DNA from: Octopus bimaculoides
Lineage: Eukaryota
DNA length: 64,000 bases
Assembly: GCF_001194135.2 (NCBI RefSeq)
Contig: NC_068986.1
Coordinates: 86,010,594-86,074,593 of the forward strand
Direction: 5' to 3'
The notes beneath the pieces are model-generated. The model had not been told where the DNA came from. It saw only the letters and a program-made list of their open reading frames with translations, and did not search any database. This document shows positions 1-13,284 of the stretch, piece by piece. The first letter of the stretch is position 1, and each line of letters begins with the position of its first letter. The translations under genes were made by a program, and so were the position numbers.

Positions 1-39
<39 letters not shown>

Positions 40-2012
40 TCGTTAGTGTATCAAACAGTTCATACCTACTGTAGTATATATGAAGTACATGAAACAATGA
101 AGTGAAGCAGGAGAATAATCAGATTAAATGTGTTATAATTTACGCATTGGAAGCATTCACTGCGGGATTTTGTCTCAGAGAAACCATTCTCCAAACTCTT
201 TGTCTTATAGGACATTTCACTGATCTCCATATGACGCCATCGGTCTAAAAGACACCGCTTTTGAAATGTTTTAACCTCTTGGAATGTAGGTACTACCATG
301 GTAATTTAGAGTTAAGACAGAAAACTTGCTTCTACATACAGAATAGGGCAAGCAATACTTTAAGCTGTGTAGGCAGAGTCAAGCCAGGCTTCAAGCAATT
401 TGCTTGAAAAACTCAAATCAGCGAGTATCAAAATACAGATGAATATATTAGCAATCGAAACGTTACCTACGAGTGAGGAGGCGTCACCATGACGAGGCAG
501 TTTGCTGAGACTATTTGAGCGAAACGACACAATATTTTTTAACATAAATTATCCCTTGAGAGAAAATTTTCTCTGGCACAAACTACTGTAGCAAAAATAA
601 TTTTCAGCTTCTTGCGAACATGGTAAAAATAAGTGTGGAAAGTTTATTCTTGAGTGGGGACTTGGTTGTTTAATGTGACGAGACACTTGGCTGCACATGA
701 CGTCGTGTTCAATGTCACTGTTTATGGTTTCAGTATATGTTTCTTATAGAAGATGCGTGGTTAAAGGATGCACAGAATACGTTATGCATATCTGTATGTA
801 TGCATGCATATATNNNNNNNNNNNNNNNNNNNNNNNNNNNNNNNNNNNNNNNNNNNNNNNNNNNNNNNNNNNNNNNNNNNNNNNNNNNNNNNNNNNNNNN
901 NNNNNNNNNNNNNNNNNNNNNNNNNNNNNNNNNNNNNNNNNNNNNNNNNNNNNNNNNNNNNNNNNNNNNNNNNNNNNNNNNNNNNNNNNNNNNNNNNNNN
1001 NNNTATATATATACTTACACATTTTTTCCCATACTTAGTATATGTAAAACAATACTGATGTTTTATTCAGACTAAAGAAAAAGCCCTGTTGACCTAAATG
1101 CTTAAGGTTTAATTCCCCAACATTATGATAGCAGTAAAAAAAAACAACCTAAAATAGTGTTGCCACTCTGACCAGAGAAACCTTTATAACTATATCCATG
1201 TATAATGCTTACAACTTCCCTTTCCTTAGAAGTGATTGCCCCTTATACTATAACCACTAGATAAGAGACAATAAAATCAGAGACAATTAGAATTCTACCT
1301 AGAACTAATCACTAGCCTGCTAGCCTTGGCTATGTCAAGATGGATTTTTATGTATTCTTCTTCCCACTTGGATTTTAAATGTTGCCACAATTATAATATG
1401 TCTATTCTACTGTAATTTTCTACATTTTTGTGCAACTGAAGATTGCTCTACATATTGCATTTAATGTAATGCTCGCCTTACTTAAATAAATGGAGTAGCA
1501 TGAAACGTGCGTACTGCAGTCATCTTTAAAATCCGTGTTGCTTATTTTGATTTTATATACTTACATATATATACATACATATTTACAAACACACACACAA
1601 ATATACATTGAGAGTTGAGCATTTGTCTGTATGCACTGACATGTAAATGGCATTTTCCTTTTTTGTTTGTGAAGCCTGCCAGTTGGCCATTGATTCAAGT
1701 TTCTTCGCGTCACCCGATTTGTTCAATGGAGAAGCAACCTTGTTCGTTCCGATCGCCCTAGGTGTCAGTTTCGACTCAGGTGCAGCAAAAGGTTTGCAAC
1801 AAATATCACGGGGAATTTCGTACCGCCCACTTAAGGTTCTGTCAGTCCAGTATTCTGGGTTCTTTCTCTTTTTCGACCAAGATAGAATAAATACAATGTC
1901 ACTTCAGCAAGATTTCAGTTCAGAATGCAGAATGTCAGAAAAAATAATGCTAAGAACTCTATCCGCTTCTAGTTCCAACAGCTCACGCTATATGCCTTGT
2001 ATTTCCATACAT

Positions 2013-2101
<89 letters not shown>

Positions 2102-2392
2102 TGTGTGTGTGCCTATATATGTACTTACATTTATCTACGTATATAACGCATATATATAATATATGTATAAATATACTTGTATGTGTACATATTTGCACAT
2201 TACCCCTATACATAAGTCAGTGTAATTGTATGTGTGTCCATATGGTTGACGGGGTTTGTGTTCATATATATCCTACAAAGAAACCTCGCTTGCGAAACGA
2301 ACATTAAAAGTACCTGGGTAACTCTGCGCATATCTATTATCGTTTGGATCGTTAGAGCATCGGCTATAATGCTTAGTGATATTCCCTACTCA

Positions 2393-2604
2393 TTACTCTT
2401 TTACTCTTTTACTTGATTCAGTCATTTGACTGCGGCCATGCTGGACCACCGCCTTTAGTCGAGCAAATCGATCGCAGGACTTAATCTTTGGAAGCCTAGT
2501 ACTTATTCTATCGTTCTCTTTGGCCCAACCGCTAAGTTACGGGGACGTAAACACACCAGCATCGGTTGTCAAGCGATATTGGTGGGACAAACACAGACGC
2601 AGAA

Positions 2605-2661
<57 letters not shown>
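2393..2661 (-). mobile_element. SINE family A, 3' tail plus internal microsatellite (rest lost in gap)
   Basis: ttactcttttacttg..tcagtcatttgactgcggccatgctgg..caccgcctttagtcgagcaaatcga...ggacaaacacagac matches 7318, 26903, 29365 and the reverse complement of 43600-43800 and 62100-62290. Confidence 0.9.
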
Positions 2662-3522
2662 NNNNNNNNNNNNNNNNNNNNNNNNNNNNNNNNNNNNNNN
2701 NNNNNNNNNNNNNNNNNNNNNNNNNNNNNNNNNNNNNNNNNNNNNNNNNNNNNNNNNNNNNNNNNNNNNNNNNNNNNNNNNNNNNNNNNNNNNNNNNNNN
2801 NNNNNNNNNNNNNNNNNNNNNNNNNNNNNNNNNNNNNNNNNNNNNNNNNNNNNNNNNNNNNNNNNNNNNNNNNNNNNNNNNNNNNNNNNNNNNNNNNNNN
2901 NNNNNNNNNNNNNNNNNNNNNNNNNNNNNNNNNNNNNNNNNNNNNNNNNNNNNNNNNNNNNNNNNNNNNNNNNNNNNNNNNNNNNNNNNNNNNNNNNNNN
3001 NNNNNNNNNNNNNNNNNNNNNNNNNNNNNNNNNNNNNNNNNNNNNNNNNNNNNNNNNNNNNNNNNNNNNNNNNNNNNNNNNNNNNNNNNNNNNNNNNNNN
3101 NNNNNNNNNNNNNNNNNNNNNNNNNNNNNNNNNNNNNNNNNNNNNNNNNNNNNNNNNNNNNNNNNNNNNNNNNNNNNNNNNNNNNNNNNNNNNNNNNNNN
3201 NNNNNNNNNNNNNNNNNNNNNNNNNNNNNNNNNNNNNNNNNNNNNNNNNNNNNNNNNNNNNNNNNNNNNNNNNNNNNNNNNNNNNNNNNNNNNNNNNNNN
3301 NNNNNNNNNNNNNNNNNNNNNNNNNNNNNNNNNNNNNNNNNNNNNNNNNNNNNNNNNNNNNNNNNNNNNNNNNNNNNNNNNNNNNNNNNNNNNNNNNNNN
3401 NNNNNNNNNNNNNNNNNNNNNNNNNNNNNNNNNNNNNNNNNNNNNNNNNNNNNNNNNNNNNNNNNNNNNNNNNNNNNNNNNNNNNNNNNNNNNNNNNNNN
3501 NNNNNNNNNNNNNNNNNNNNNN

Positions 3523-3600
3523 AAAGTCAACCTTGGTGGAATATGAACCCAGAACCGTGTGGTTGGTAAGCAAGCTACTTACCACGCAACCACCCCTGCT
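3523..3600 (-). mobile_element. SINE 5' head, family-A tRNA-like head joined to a family-B-type central segment
   Basis: gtggttggtaagcaagctacttaccac is the family A head; the adjacent aaagtcaaccttggtggaat matches family B aaagtcgacctcggtggaat (24250, 38240). Confidence 0.6.
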
Positions 3601-3744
3601 CCTTCTGTATTTTTTTTTTTCGTTCAGAGTCCAAATATATGTTAGTTTTGCCTGTCATTGCTTCTGGATCGATTAGTAGAATACTAATCATATTCTTGGG
3701 TCGATGACATCGACTAACTCTGTTTTATAAAAAGGCGTTTATCT

Positions 3745-3950
3745 GGCAAAATCATTAGCATACCGTACAAAACGCTTAGCAGTACTCTGTCCGTCATTAT
3801 GCCCCGAGTTCAGATTCCGACAAGGTCGATTTCACCTTTCATCCTTTCGTGGTCGATAAAATAAGTTCCAGTCAAGTCCCGGAGTCGATGTAATCTATTA
3901 GTCCCCTCCTTCAAAATTTCAGGCTTTCTACCTATCACAGAGAGGATTAC
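3745..3950 (+). mobile_element. SINE family B (tRNA-derived, ~210 bp)
   Basis: ggcaaaatcattagc...gagttcagattcc (B-box-like)...ctttcatcctttcgtggtcgataaaataagt; about ten related copies in the window. Confidence 0.85.
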
Positions 3951-4196
3951 CAATACTACAGCTGTTGCGGCTTCTACTGCTGCTACTATTATTTCCTACT
4001 GACATTGTTTAGACACCCTGTAGTACTGGGCAGAGGTGTGATAGCAGTAACGGAAAGAGATTTTTGATTTAGCTTTTACTATCAAAGACTATTAACTGAC
4101 GTTTTGGAATGTCTGCCCAGTAACGCCGGCTTTCGATAACAACATTGGACAGTTTAAAGAATATTCATTCTCAGTTTTGTTTCTATTATTTTACTA

Positions 4197-4232
4197 CTAG
4201 TAAAAATGCGAGCCTGGTTTTACAGAACTCGC
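4197..4232 (-). mobile_element. Possible Helitron-type 3' terminus
   Basis: Minus strand reads gcgag-ttctgtaaaaccagg-ctcgc hairpin, 7 nt spacer, then CTAG followed by T. Confidence 0.35.
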
Positions 4233-4486
4233 TTGTAAAAGAAATTACATTGGACAAATCAATATTTCTATGTGCAAATAAATTAAAAAGCAAAAATTAT
4301 TAATAAACAAACTGAAAATGATTGGCTGGAAATGAAGTCAGAAACAAAAAAAAGAGGCATTTTACAAAAGAAAAACTGAACTTGACAATCAATACATTTA
4401 ACAACAACAAAGCCACCAACAATAAGAACTGCGTGCAAAACATGGAGGCAGTATTCGTAAGCGTACTTTCGAACAACAGATTTCTA

Positions 4487-4630
<144 letters not shown>

Positions 4631-6098
4631 AACGGTGATGCTCGATTTGTAGTAGGAATTTCTCTTCCTTATAATGTCAAGTTCAAATCTTTTCAATAAG
4701 CTAGATTATTGAAGTTCACATCAGTAATATATTTCGGTGAATATTATCGATCTGCAGTAGCGCTACAAGACACTTTTCTTCTTTTCGTGATTGCTAAATA
4801 TAAATAAATTATACGACTATAAGATCATAAGGATTTGGTAAAGAGCTAATAAAATGATATATAGTTTCCCAGTTCTGTACTTTACAGCTCTTTGCTGATA
4901 TTCCTTGACGTTAATAAAAGAAACGCTATTAATATAATGATGCTGATATAATCTGCTCTAACCCTGTCACATTAAAAATAAAAACCTCTTAGGCTTCAAA
5001 TGAAATTCATTAAATACATTCTTCTGTGATAGCCGTATTTCTTCAAACCAAAAACGAAGAATTATTTTTAAATTAAGCATAGATCTGGTATCCATAGATT
5101 GAATCCATTTATCTAATAGTGAAACTTATCTCTGTTGATCACCGAACGTCAGAAAGCTGTTTATAATGTGTAGCCACAAGTGGATGGGCAAATATTGAAC
5201 GAGAGGCCGAAGTAAAAATGAGAAATTAGAAATCTCATTGAACCAATGTAACGGTGAGAGGAAATATTAGCCATTAACCTTAACTAATTAGAAGTGATTC
5301 CAAATAAAAGACACACAGCCATTAATCCTAATTACCAATTTGGGAATCGTTCCTATAAAGCAAAGCACTGGCATAGGTCGAAAGCTAGAATGCAATTAGC
5401 CGGGGGACTTAATTAGGATAATGTTTCGTTAGTACTAGTAAAAGTCTGTGCTTTGTTATGAAGAACCTAATCGAGAAGGGTCATTTTGTGATTAGATTTC
5501 GCCTTAGGTAGACATTCTTGCTAATAGTTCTGAAATATCTGACTGTCGTTAGAACATTCTAGGAATTTGCTTTAAATCAGCTCGCAATTTTAAATTGTGT
5601 CTGACAGAATTCTAACGGGTATCTAAGTGTTATATTAATGGATAATTGTTAGGTATTGTGATGTGTACAAGGTCGACTTACCCGTACTTCGTAATTAATG
5701 ATGGGCATAATAAATAAATTAACAGTAGCTTTTATTGATAAACGGCCAGACGTGATAAAGCATTGGAAGCAGGCCAACTTTAATTCAACTCTCAGTAGAA
5801 GCACGCAGCGTAAATTTTAAAATGAAACTATTACTAGAAATTACGAAATATAATAAAGTATACTGAGAAAAACTAGAACCATGTTCCAGTGCCTGTATCA
5901 CTTGATATTTATCTTCCAGTGTAATCATGATTGATGTACTTATTAATCTACGGAATATGTTTTCTTCATATAAATCATTCATGCTTTAGATTCTTTGCGA
6001 TAATATTTTAATAACATCGAGGCCAATGTTATAAGTAAAAGGAAATTTAAATAATTTACAGTGTAAACTAAAAGATAAATATTGGTTTCAAATTTTAT

Positions 6099-6262
6099 TG
6101 CAAGGCCAGCAATTACATCGACTCCCAAACATGGTTGGTACTTACTTTATCGAACCCCGAACGGATGAAAGGTAAGTTCAACCTCGGTGGATTTTGAAGA
6201 ACGGACGAAATGACACAAAGCATTTCACCCGGCTACAAATGATTCTGCCAAGTCACCGTCTT
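6099..6262 (-). mobile_element. SINE family B, internally deleted
   Basis: acatcgactccc...ggtacttactttatcgaaccccgaacggatgaaagg...gattctgcca is the reverse complement of family B. Confidence 0.8.
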
Positions 6263-6418
6263 TCGGCATTTCATAATAATATAGCGTTGTGAGTGTTTAT
6301 TGAGCGAATACGCTAAGGCTCCACGAGGCTCCGGCAGGGGGTGGTGGCGAACCCTGTACTCTTTCACCACAACTTTCTCTCACTCTTTCTTCCTTTATCT
6401 TTTGTACCTGTATTTCGA

Positions 6419-6454
<36 letters not shown>

Positions 6455-7132
6455 NNNNNNNNNNNNNNNNNNNNNNNNNNNNNNNNNNNNNNNNNNNNNN
6501 NNNNNNNNNNNNNNNNNNNNNNNNNNNNNNNNNNNNNNNNNNNNNNNNNNNNNNNNNNNNNNNNNNNNNNNNNNNNNNNNNNNNNNNNNNNNNNNNNNNN
6601 NNNNNNNNNNNNNNNNNNNNNNNNNNNNNNNNNNNNNNNNNNNNNNNNNNNNNNNNNNNNNNNNNNNNNNNNNNNNNNNNNNNNNNNNNNNNNNNNNNNN
6701 NNNNNNNNNNNNNNNNNNNNNNNNNNNNNNNNNNNNNNNNNNNNNNNNNNNNNNNNNNNNNNNNNNNNNNNNNNNNNNNNNNNNNNNNNNNNNNNNNNNN
6801 NNNNNNNNNNNNNNNNNNNNNNNNNNNNNNNNNNNNNNNNNNNNNNNNNNNNNNNNNNNNNNNNNNNNNNNNNNNNNNNNNNNNNNNNNNNNNNNNNNNN
6901 NNNNNNNNNNNNNNNNNNNNNNNNNNNNNNNNNNNNNNNNNNNNNNNNNNNNNNNNNNNNNNNNNNNNNNNNNNNNNNNNNNNNNNNNNNNNNNNNNNNN
7001 NNNNNNNNNNNNNNNNNNNNNNNNNNNNNNNNNNNNNNNNNNNNNNNNNNNNNNNNNNNNNNNNNNNNNNNNNNNNNNNNNNNNNNNNNNNNNNNNNNNN
7101 NNNNNNNNNNNNNNNNNNNNNNNNNNNNNNNN

Positions 7133-7179
<47 letters not shown>

Positions 7180-7317
7180 CATATGTATATATATGAATAT
7201 GTCCATATGTGCATAAATGTATATATAATATACATCTATGTATACGTACACAAATATATACTACGTACAATCCCTATATACATACATTTATATATATATT
7301 CATATTGATATATATAT

Positions 7318-7727
7318 ACTCTTTCTCTTTACTCTTTTACTCTTTTACTTGTTTCAGTCTTTTGACTGTAGCCATGCTGGAGCACCGCCTTTAGTCGAGC
7401 AAATCGACTCCAGGACTTATTCTTTAGATGCCTAGTAATTATTCTATCGGTCTCTTTTGCCGAACCGCTAAGTTACGGGGACATAAACACACCAGCATCG
7501 GTTGTCAAGCGATGTTGGGGGGGGACAAACACATACACACATACATATATGTATATGCATATATACGACGGTTTCTTTCAGTTTCCGTCTACCAAATTCA
7601 CTCACAAGGCTTTGGTCGGCCCCTGGCTATAGTAGAAAACTCTTGCCCAAGGTGCTACGCAGTGGGACTGAACCCGGGACCGTGTCGTTGGTAAGCAAGC
7701 TACTTTCCACACAGCCACTCCTACGCC
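7318..7727 (-). mobile_element. SINE family A, full length (tRNA-like head, central domain, internal TA/CA microsatellite, tail)
   Basis: Head rc ggcgtaggagtggctgtgtggaaagtagcttgc...ccgggttcagtcccactgc with A/B-box-like spacing; tail ends in aaagagta-type short repeats. Confidence 0.9.
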
Positions 7728-8583
7728 TATGTATATAAATACATATATATTTATATACACGCGTACGTACGCACAAACACACACACATGCATTATACACA
7801 CACATGCATTATACACACACATTTATATGTGTATGTAGAGAAAATAGATATACAGACAATCATATTGGTGTATCTGCATAGATTAATAATCACCCTGGCA
7901 TATTATCGACACTTACATGTACGAAATTATGCACAAAAACACACGGTCAGACGCATGAAGACACACACATACCATAATACCCTGATAGTACTTTTTGAAC
8001 AAACCTTACAAAGCCGCAAGCATGTTTCTGTGAGAGAGGATGGCTGATAGCATCAAACTGAATGACTGCATATAAATGGCCGCTTCAATAATGGGACGAT
8101 CGAGTTGAAAAGCCACAATGATGTTTCCTGACGCTGCTATATGGAAATCTGTCTAAAGCTTTACTGACTTTTGAATTTCGCTGTTTGTAATGATATCATT
8201 CCATTTCACTGGAAACTACCACGGACTTTTTGAGAAAGCTGAGCACAGAATTAACTGTAGATAATTATTCGTGTGTTAGGTGTACAGCGGGATGTGTGTA
8301 TTTCTGTGAGCGAGCATGTGTGTGTCAGTATGATTTCAATTGTATTCAGTGCTTGTGACTTTGTGCGTGGTTATGGCTGTGTGTGTGCTTATGTATGAGG
8401 GCAAATGTAGGCATGTGTATGTATCTGTATACTTGTTTATGCTTTTCTATACGCATATAATTCTTTGATAATATGCATGCATACTTGTGCATATATCCTT
8501 ATGTACACATGAACATATATACATATATATATATACGTATGAATAAATATGTGTATGTATACATATACACATGCAGAAACACG

Positions 8584-8619
<36 letters not shown>

Positions 8620-11600
8620 NNNNNNNNNNNNNNNNNNNNNNNNNNNNNNNNNNNNNNNNNNNNNNNNNNNNNNNNNNNNNNNNNNNNNNNNNNNNNNNNN
8701 NNNNNNNNNNNNNNNNNNNNNNNNNNNNNNNNNNNNNNNNNNNNNNNNNNNNNNNNNNNNNNNNNNNNNNNNNNNNNNNNNNNNNNNNNNNNNNNNNNNN
8801 NNNNNNNNNNNNNNNNNNNNNNNNNNNNNNNNNNNNNNNNNNNNNNNNNNNNNNNNNNNNNNNNNNNNNNNNNNNNNNNNNNNNNNNNNNNNNNNNNNNN
8901 NNNNNNNNNNNNNNNNNNNNNNNNNNNNNNNNNNNNNNNNNNNNNNNNNNNNNNNNNNNNNNNNNNNNNNNNNNNNNNNNNNNNNNNNNNNNNNNNNNNN
9001 NNNNNNNNNNNNNNNNNNNNNNNNNNNNNNNNNNNNNNNNNNNNNNNNNNNNNNNNNNNNNNNNNNNNNNNNNNNNNNNNNNNNNNNNNNNNNNNNNNNN
9101 NNNNNNNNNNNNNNNNNNNNNNNNNNNNNNNNNNNNNNNNNNNNNNNNNNNNNNNNNNNNNNNNNNNNNNNNNNNNNNNNNNNNNNNNNNNNNNNNNNNN
9201 NNNNNNNNNNNNNATATATATATATATATATATACAGACATACACTTGCGTATGCCAATTAATATGAATGTAGAATTGTGTAAGCGTATGTATACGCATA
9301 TACATGCAAACTAGCAGATTCATATACACGCAACCATATATAAAACTTAAGTGCGTATGTATTCTATTCATTTGTGTTCACTTTCATGTATAGATGTGTT
9401 ATTGCATATCTTAAAGCCTTCAAGTGTTTATGTCAATATAGCTATACATATAGAAGCGGCCACCGAGCACATGCATCCGCACAGAGTAATACTTGTTCAT
9501 ATAGACACTCCATCATTGCCCTCATAGAATCACTTAGATATGCATAAATACATTCATACATATATACTTATATACATACATATGTACATGTATACATACA
9601 TAGGTACATACATACATATATATACACATATATATACATATATATACCTATATATACATATATATATATATATATATANNNNNNNNNNNNNNNNNNNNNN
9701 NNNNNNNNNNNNNNNNNNNNNNNNNNNNNNNNNNNNNNNNNNNNNNNNNNNNNNNNNNNNNNNNNNNNNNNNNNNNNNNNNNNNNNNNNNNNNNNNNNNN
9801 NNNNNNNNNNNNNNNNNNNNNNNNNNNNNNNNNNNNNNNNNNNNNNNNNNNNNNNNNNNNNNNNNNNNNNNNNNNNNNNNNNNNNNNNNNNNNNNNNNNN
9901 NNNNNNNNNNNNNNNNNNNNNNNNNNNNNNNNNNNNNNNNNNNNNNNNNNNNNNNNNNNNNNNNNNNNNNNNNNNNNNNNNNNNNNNNNNNNNNNNNNNN
10001 NNNNNNNNNNNNNNNNNNNNNNNNNNNNNNNNNNNNNNNNNNNNNNNNNNNNNNNNNNNNNNNNNNNNNNNNNNNNNNNNNNNNNNNNNNNNNNNNNNNN
10101 NNNNNNNNNNNNNNNNNNNNNNNNNNNNNNNNNNNNNNNNNNNNNNNNNNNNNNNNNNNNNNNNNNNNNNNNNNNNNNNNNNNNNNNNNNNNNNNNNNNN
10201 NNNNNNNNNNNNNNNNNNNNNNNNNNNNNNNNNNNNNNNNNNNNNNNNNNNNNNNNNNNNNNNNNNNNNNNNNNNNNNNNNNNNNNNNNNNNNNNNNNNN
10301 NNNNNNNNNNNNNNNNNNNNNNNNNNNNNNNNNNNNNNNNNNNNNNNNNNNNNNNNNNNNNNNNNNNNNNNNNNNNNNNNNNNNNNNNNNNNNNNNNNNN
10401 NNNNNNNNNNNNNNNNNNNNNNNNNNNNTATATATATATATATATATATATATATCCATCTATTTATTCATATATACATACATATATGTATATACATATT
10501 CGTCCATATATATTCAAAAAGATAGATTGAGAGATGAATAAAAAAAATTAATACACACGTAAATATCAATGCGTATACTGAAATATTTATACACACACTT
10601 ATGAATGCATATATACATATTCACATGCATGTTTATACGTACGTGTATGTGCTTATATTTGTCAGTGTATGTATATAAGTATAGCTGTAGACATGCAAAC
10701 ACACACACACATGCACACACATATATATTCATCTCTCATATGTTCATATATACTTCCGCACCCAAACATAAGCACACATATATAAAAATTTAAACAACAC
10801 ATGAATCAAGGCCATATACACACTGTTACACAAAAACAAGAACAAACTCTTACATTAATAGGTTTGAATATATTTCAAAGAATAAGTGCCGAATAAGAGC
10901 AGACATTGAGGTGTGTAATGGAAGAGGAAGTAAAGAATGTATTCTGTGAGAAATGGCAATGCCTGAATTTAGGTTTGCAGCTATTAAATGGCCGTGCTCT
11001 ATAGGTCGCTGCACTGACCTTCCTATTCAGACGTTCCATTGTGGGTTTCATGTTAGATTCCAAGTAGAATGCTGAAAGTTGCCTTTCAGACAGGCACGAT
11101 TTGTTGACGGATTGATCTCTTCAAAGAATGCATTTAAAGTCAGGCATACATATATTGATACTTACAACAAACGAACACACACACACACACATACACACAC
11201 ACACACACACATACACACACACACACACACACACAAACACACACCGATGCACATATCTATGTATGTAATATCTATACATAAATGGACATGTACAAATATA
11301 AAAACATACATATCTGAATATAATTGTACCTGTGTGTATGTGTGTATATATATATGTATACATACATACACATATATATGCATATGTATATATACGTATA
11401 TAATTATATATATATATATANNNNNNNNNNNNNNNNNNNNNNNNNNNNNNNNNNNNNNNNNNNNNNNNNNNNNNNNNNNNNNNNNNNNNNNNNNNNNNNN
11501 NNNNNNNNNNNNNNNNNNNNNNNNNNNNNNNNNNNNNNNNNNNNNNNNNNNNNNNNNNNNNNNNNNNNNNNNNNNNNNNNNNNNNNNNNNNNNNNNNNNN

Positions 11601-13284
11601 NNNNNNNNNNNNNNNNNNNNNNNNNNNNNNNNNNNNNNNNNNNNNNNNNNNNNNNNNNNCGATCTATATACATAAAAACAAACATACACACATACATATA
11701 TATACTGGTATACTGATAGACATATATGTGTGGGGTGTGTAGTGTGGTGTTGTTTTGTGTAAATGTATATGTGATTATATGGAAATGCTGATAAAAGACA
11801 ACTAGCTATATTTTTTCGCTACACACATGCCCACACAATCACATATGGCACAAAATACGCACACACACACAATATTTGTTTGTATATATATGTGATCATT
11901 AACTTTGTTCAAATAAATATTTTTGTGTGTATCTTTGTTTGTGTGTGTATGTCTGAAATGAGAAAAAAGCATAATATACACTACTGGTATAAAATATGGG
12001 AATTAAAATTATGTCAAGCCAGAGATAGAATATATATTATTTGAAAGTTAGATATAGTTAGGTTTCATTCGAAAACCATAAGATGGGCTGCGAATATTAC
12101 AGTTAACCTCACCCTATGCGTTAGAATATCAGTCATAGAGATGCTGACAGTTAAAAACAAGTTGCGAAATACTATGCTGTATTATAAGCATTATTCAGAA
12201 TCATAATTTTTACTTTTAACGTATGAAATGAGAAATAATGGTTTCTAACCTTATTAGAAATTTAAAAAATAAACTCTCGTAAAACAAACGTTATATGAAG
12301 GTAAATGATGTTACGTGACTGGGACATGAATTAATGTTTCATGTTAGAAACATTTTAGATTTGATTCTGAATCAGATGTCACAGTAGGAAGACGTTCGAC
12401 AAAATTTCTATGAGTTTGAACCTTGCCTCGTGGAAGAATATTTCCATTGAACTACAGATGTTGGTGACATCGTTATCAACCGAAAACCCAGCAATATTAT
12501 TTAAGCATCATTACACGCGTGCTGCTTAATGGACGAGCGTATCTCTGAGCATTTCGTTTCATTGTTCCTGCATGATTATGTTTTTCACATGACTTAAGAA
12601 AGAAACTTAAATTTTACTTAATTTCTCTACTAATATATGTATAATTATTCATGTACTGTATTGATAGAATATAATGTATACCGGGTTTAAGGAAAGTCGA
12701 GAAATATCCTTGAACATTAAACTGTAAATAACCAAATTTGTACCAGCACTTTCTGCGCTGAAATTATTAAATGGTAAATGGCAAATACTTTATAAGAAGG
12801 AAGCAATTGAAGTGAAATATTATATTTGTAAACAATTTTTTACTATAAAAATATTTTGACTTTTATAAACAAATTTTATCAAAAATTACATATTTGGTTC
12901 ACTCTTACTAAGAAAAATATGACCAGTTCAAATGAAACACTCCCCAGGGAAAAAGATTTGAATGTTACTGAAAGCGCTCAAACTAGATGGTGTATGATAT
13001 TTCTAATCGTTCTTATTTCACATCATTTTTATCTTTGCTATGATTTCAATTCACTCTGGATATAAATCCAATTTATATCAAGACAACGATATGGCTGTAA
13101 TTTGTTGGTGGTGATCTTACGAAGCAGAACTTCCATCGCTAGCTCATGAATCCATTAGATTAAATGTAAATTGAACAGTACTAGGTCAATCGTTAAAATG
13201 GCCAAACTAGCTAAAGAATTTTCACTGTCATTTTCCGAAGTAGTTGTGGTTTACTGAAATTTAAATTTTCTAGATAATACTTAA

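Noticed and set aside
435-480. cagatga...tcgaaacgtta resembling a hammerhead
   Set aside because: U4 is mutated and neither stem II nor stem I pairs convincingly
66-545. Two same-frame minus ORFs (66-299, 360-545) and a plus-strand LLLHTE..RG motif recalling Charlie/Buster hAT transposases
   Set aside because: The hAT match lacks the VRWLS core and flanking motifs; the minus ORFs are separated by three stops and have no recognisable domain. Neither reading is supportable without a search
5270-5500. Cluster of TAAT/TAATTA/TAATCC homeodomain-like sites
   Set aside because: Expected by chance in sequence this AT-rich; no conservation data
7565-7727. tRNA-like A/B-box sequences here and in other SINE heads
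   Set aside because: Part of multi-copy SINEs; no complete cloverleaf, so not tRNA genes
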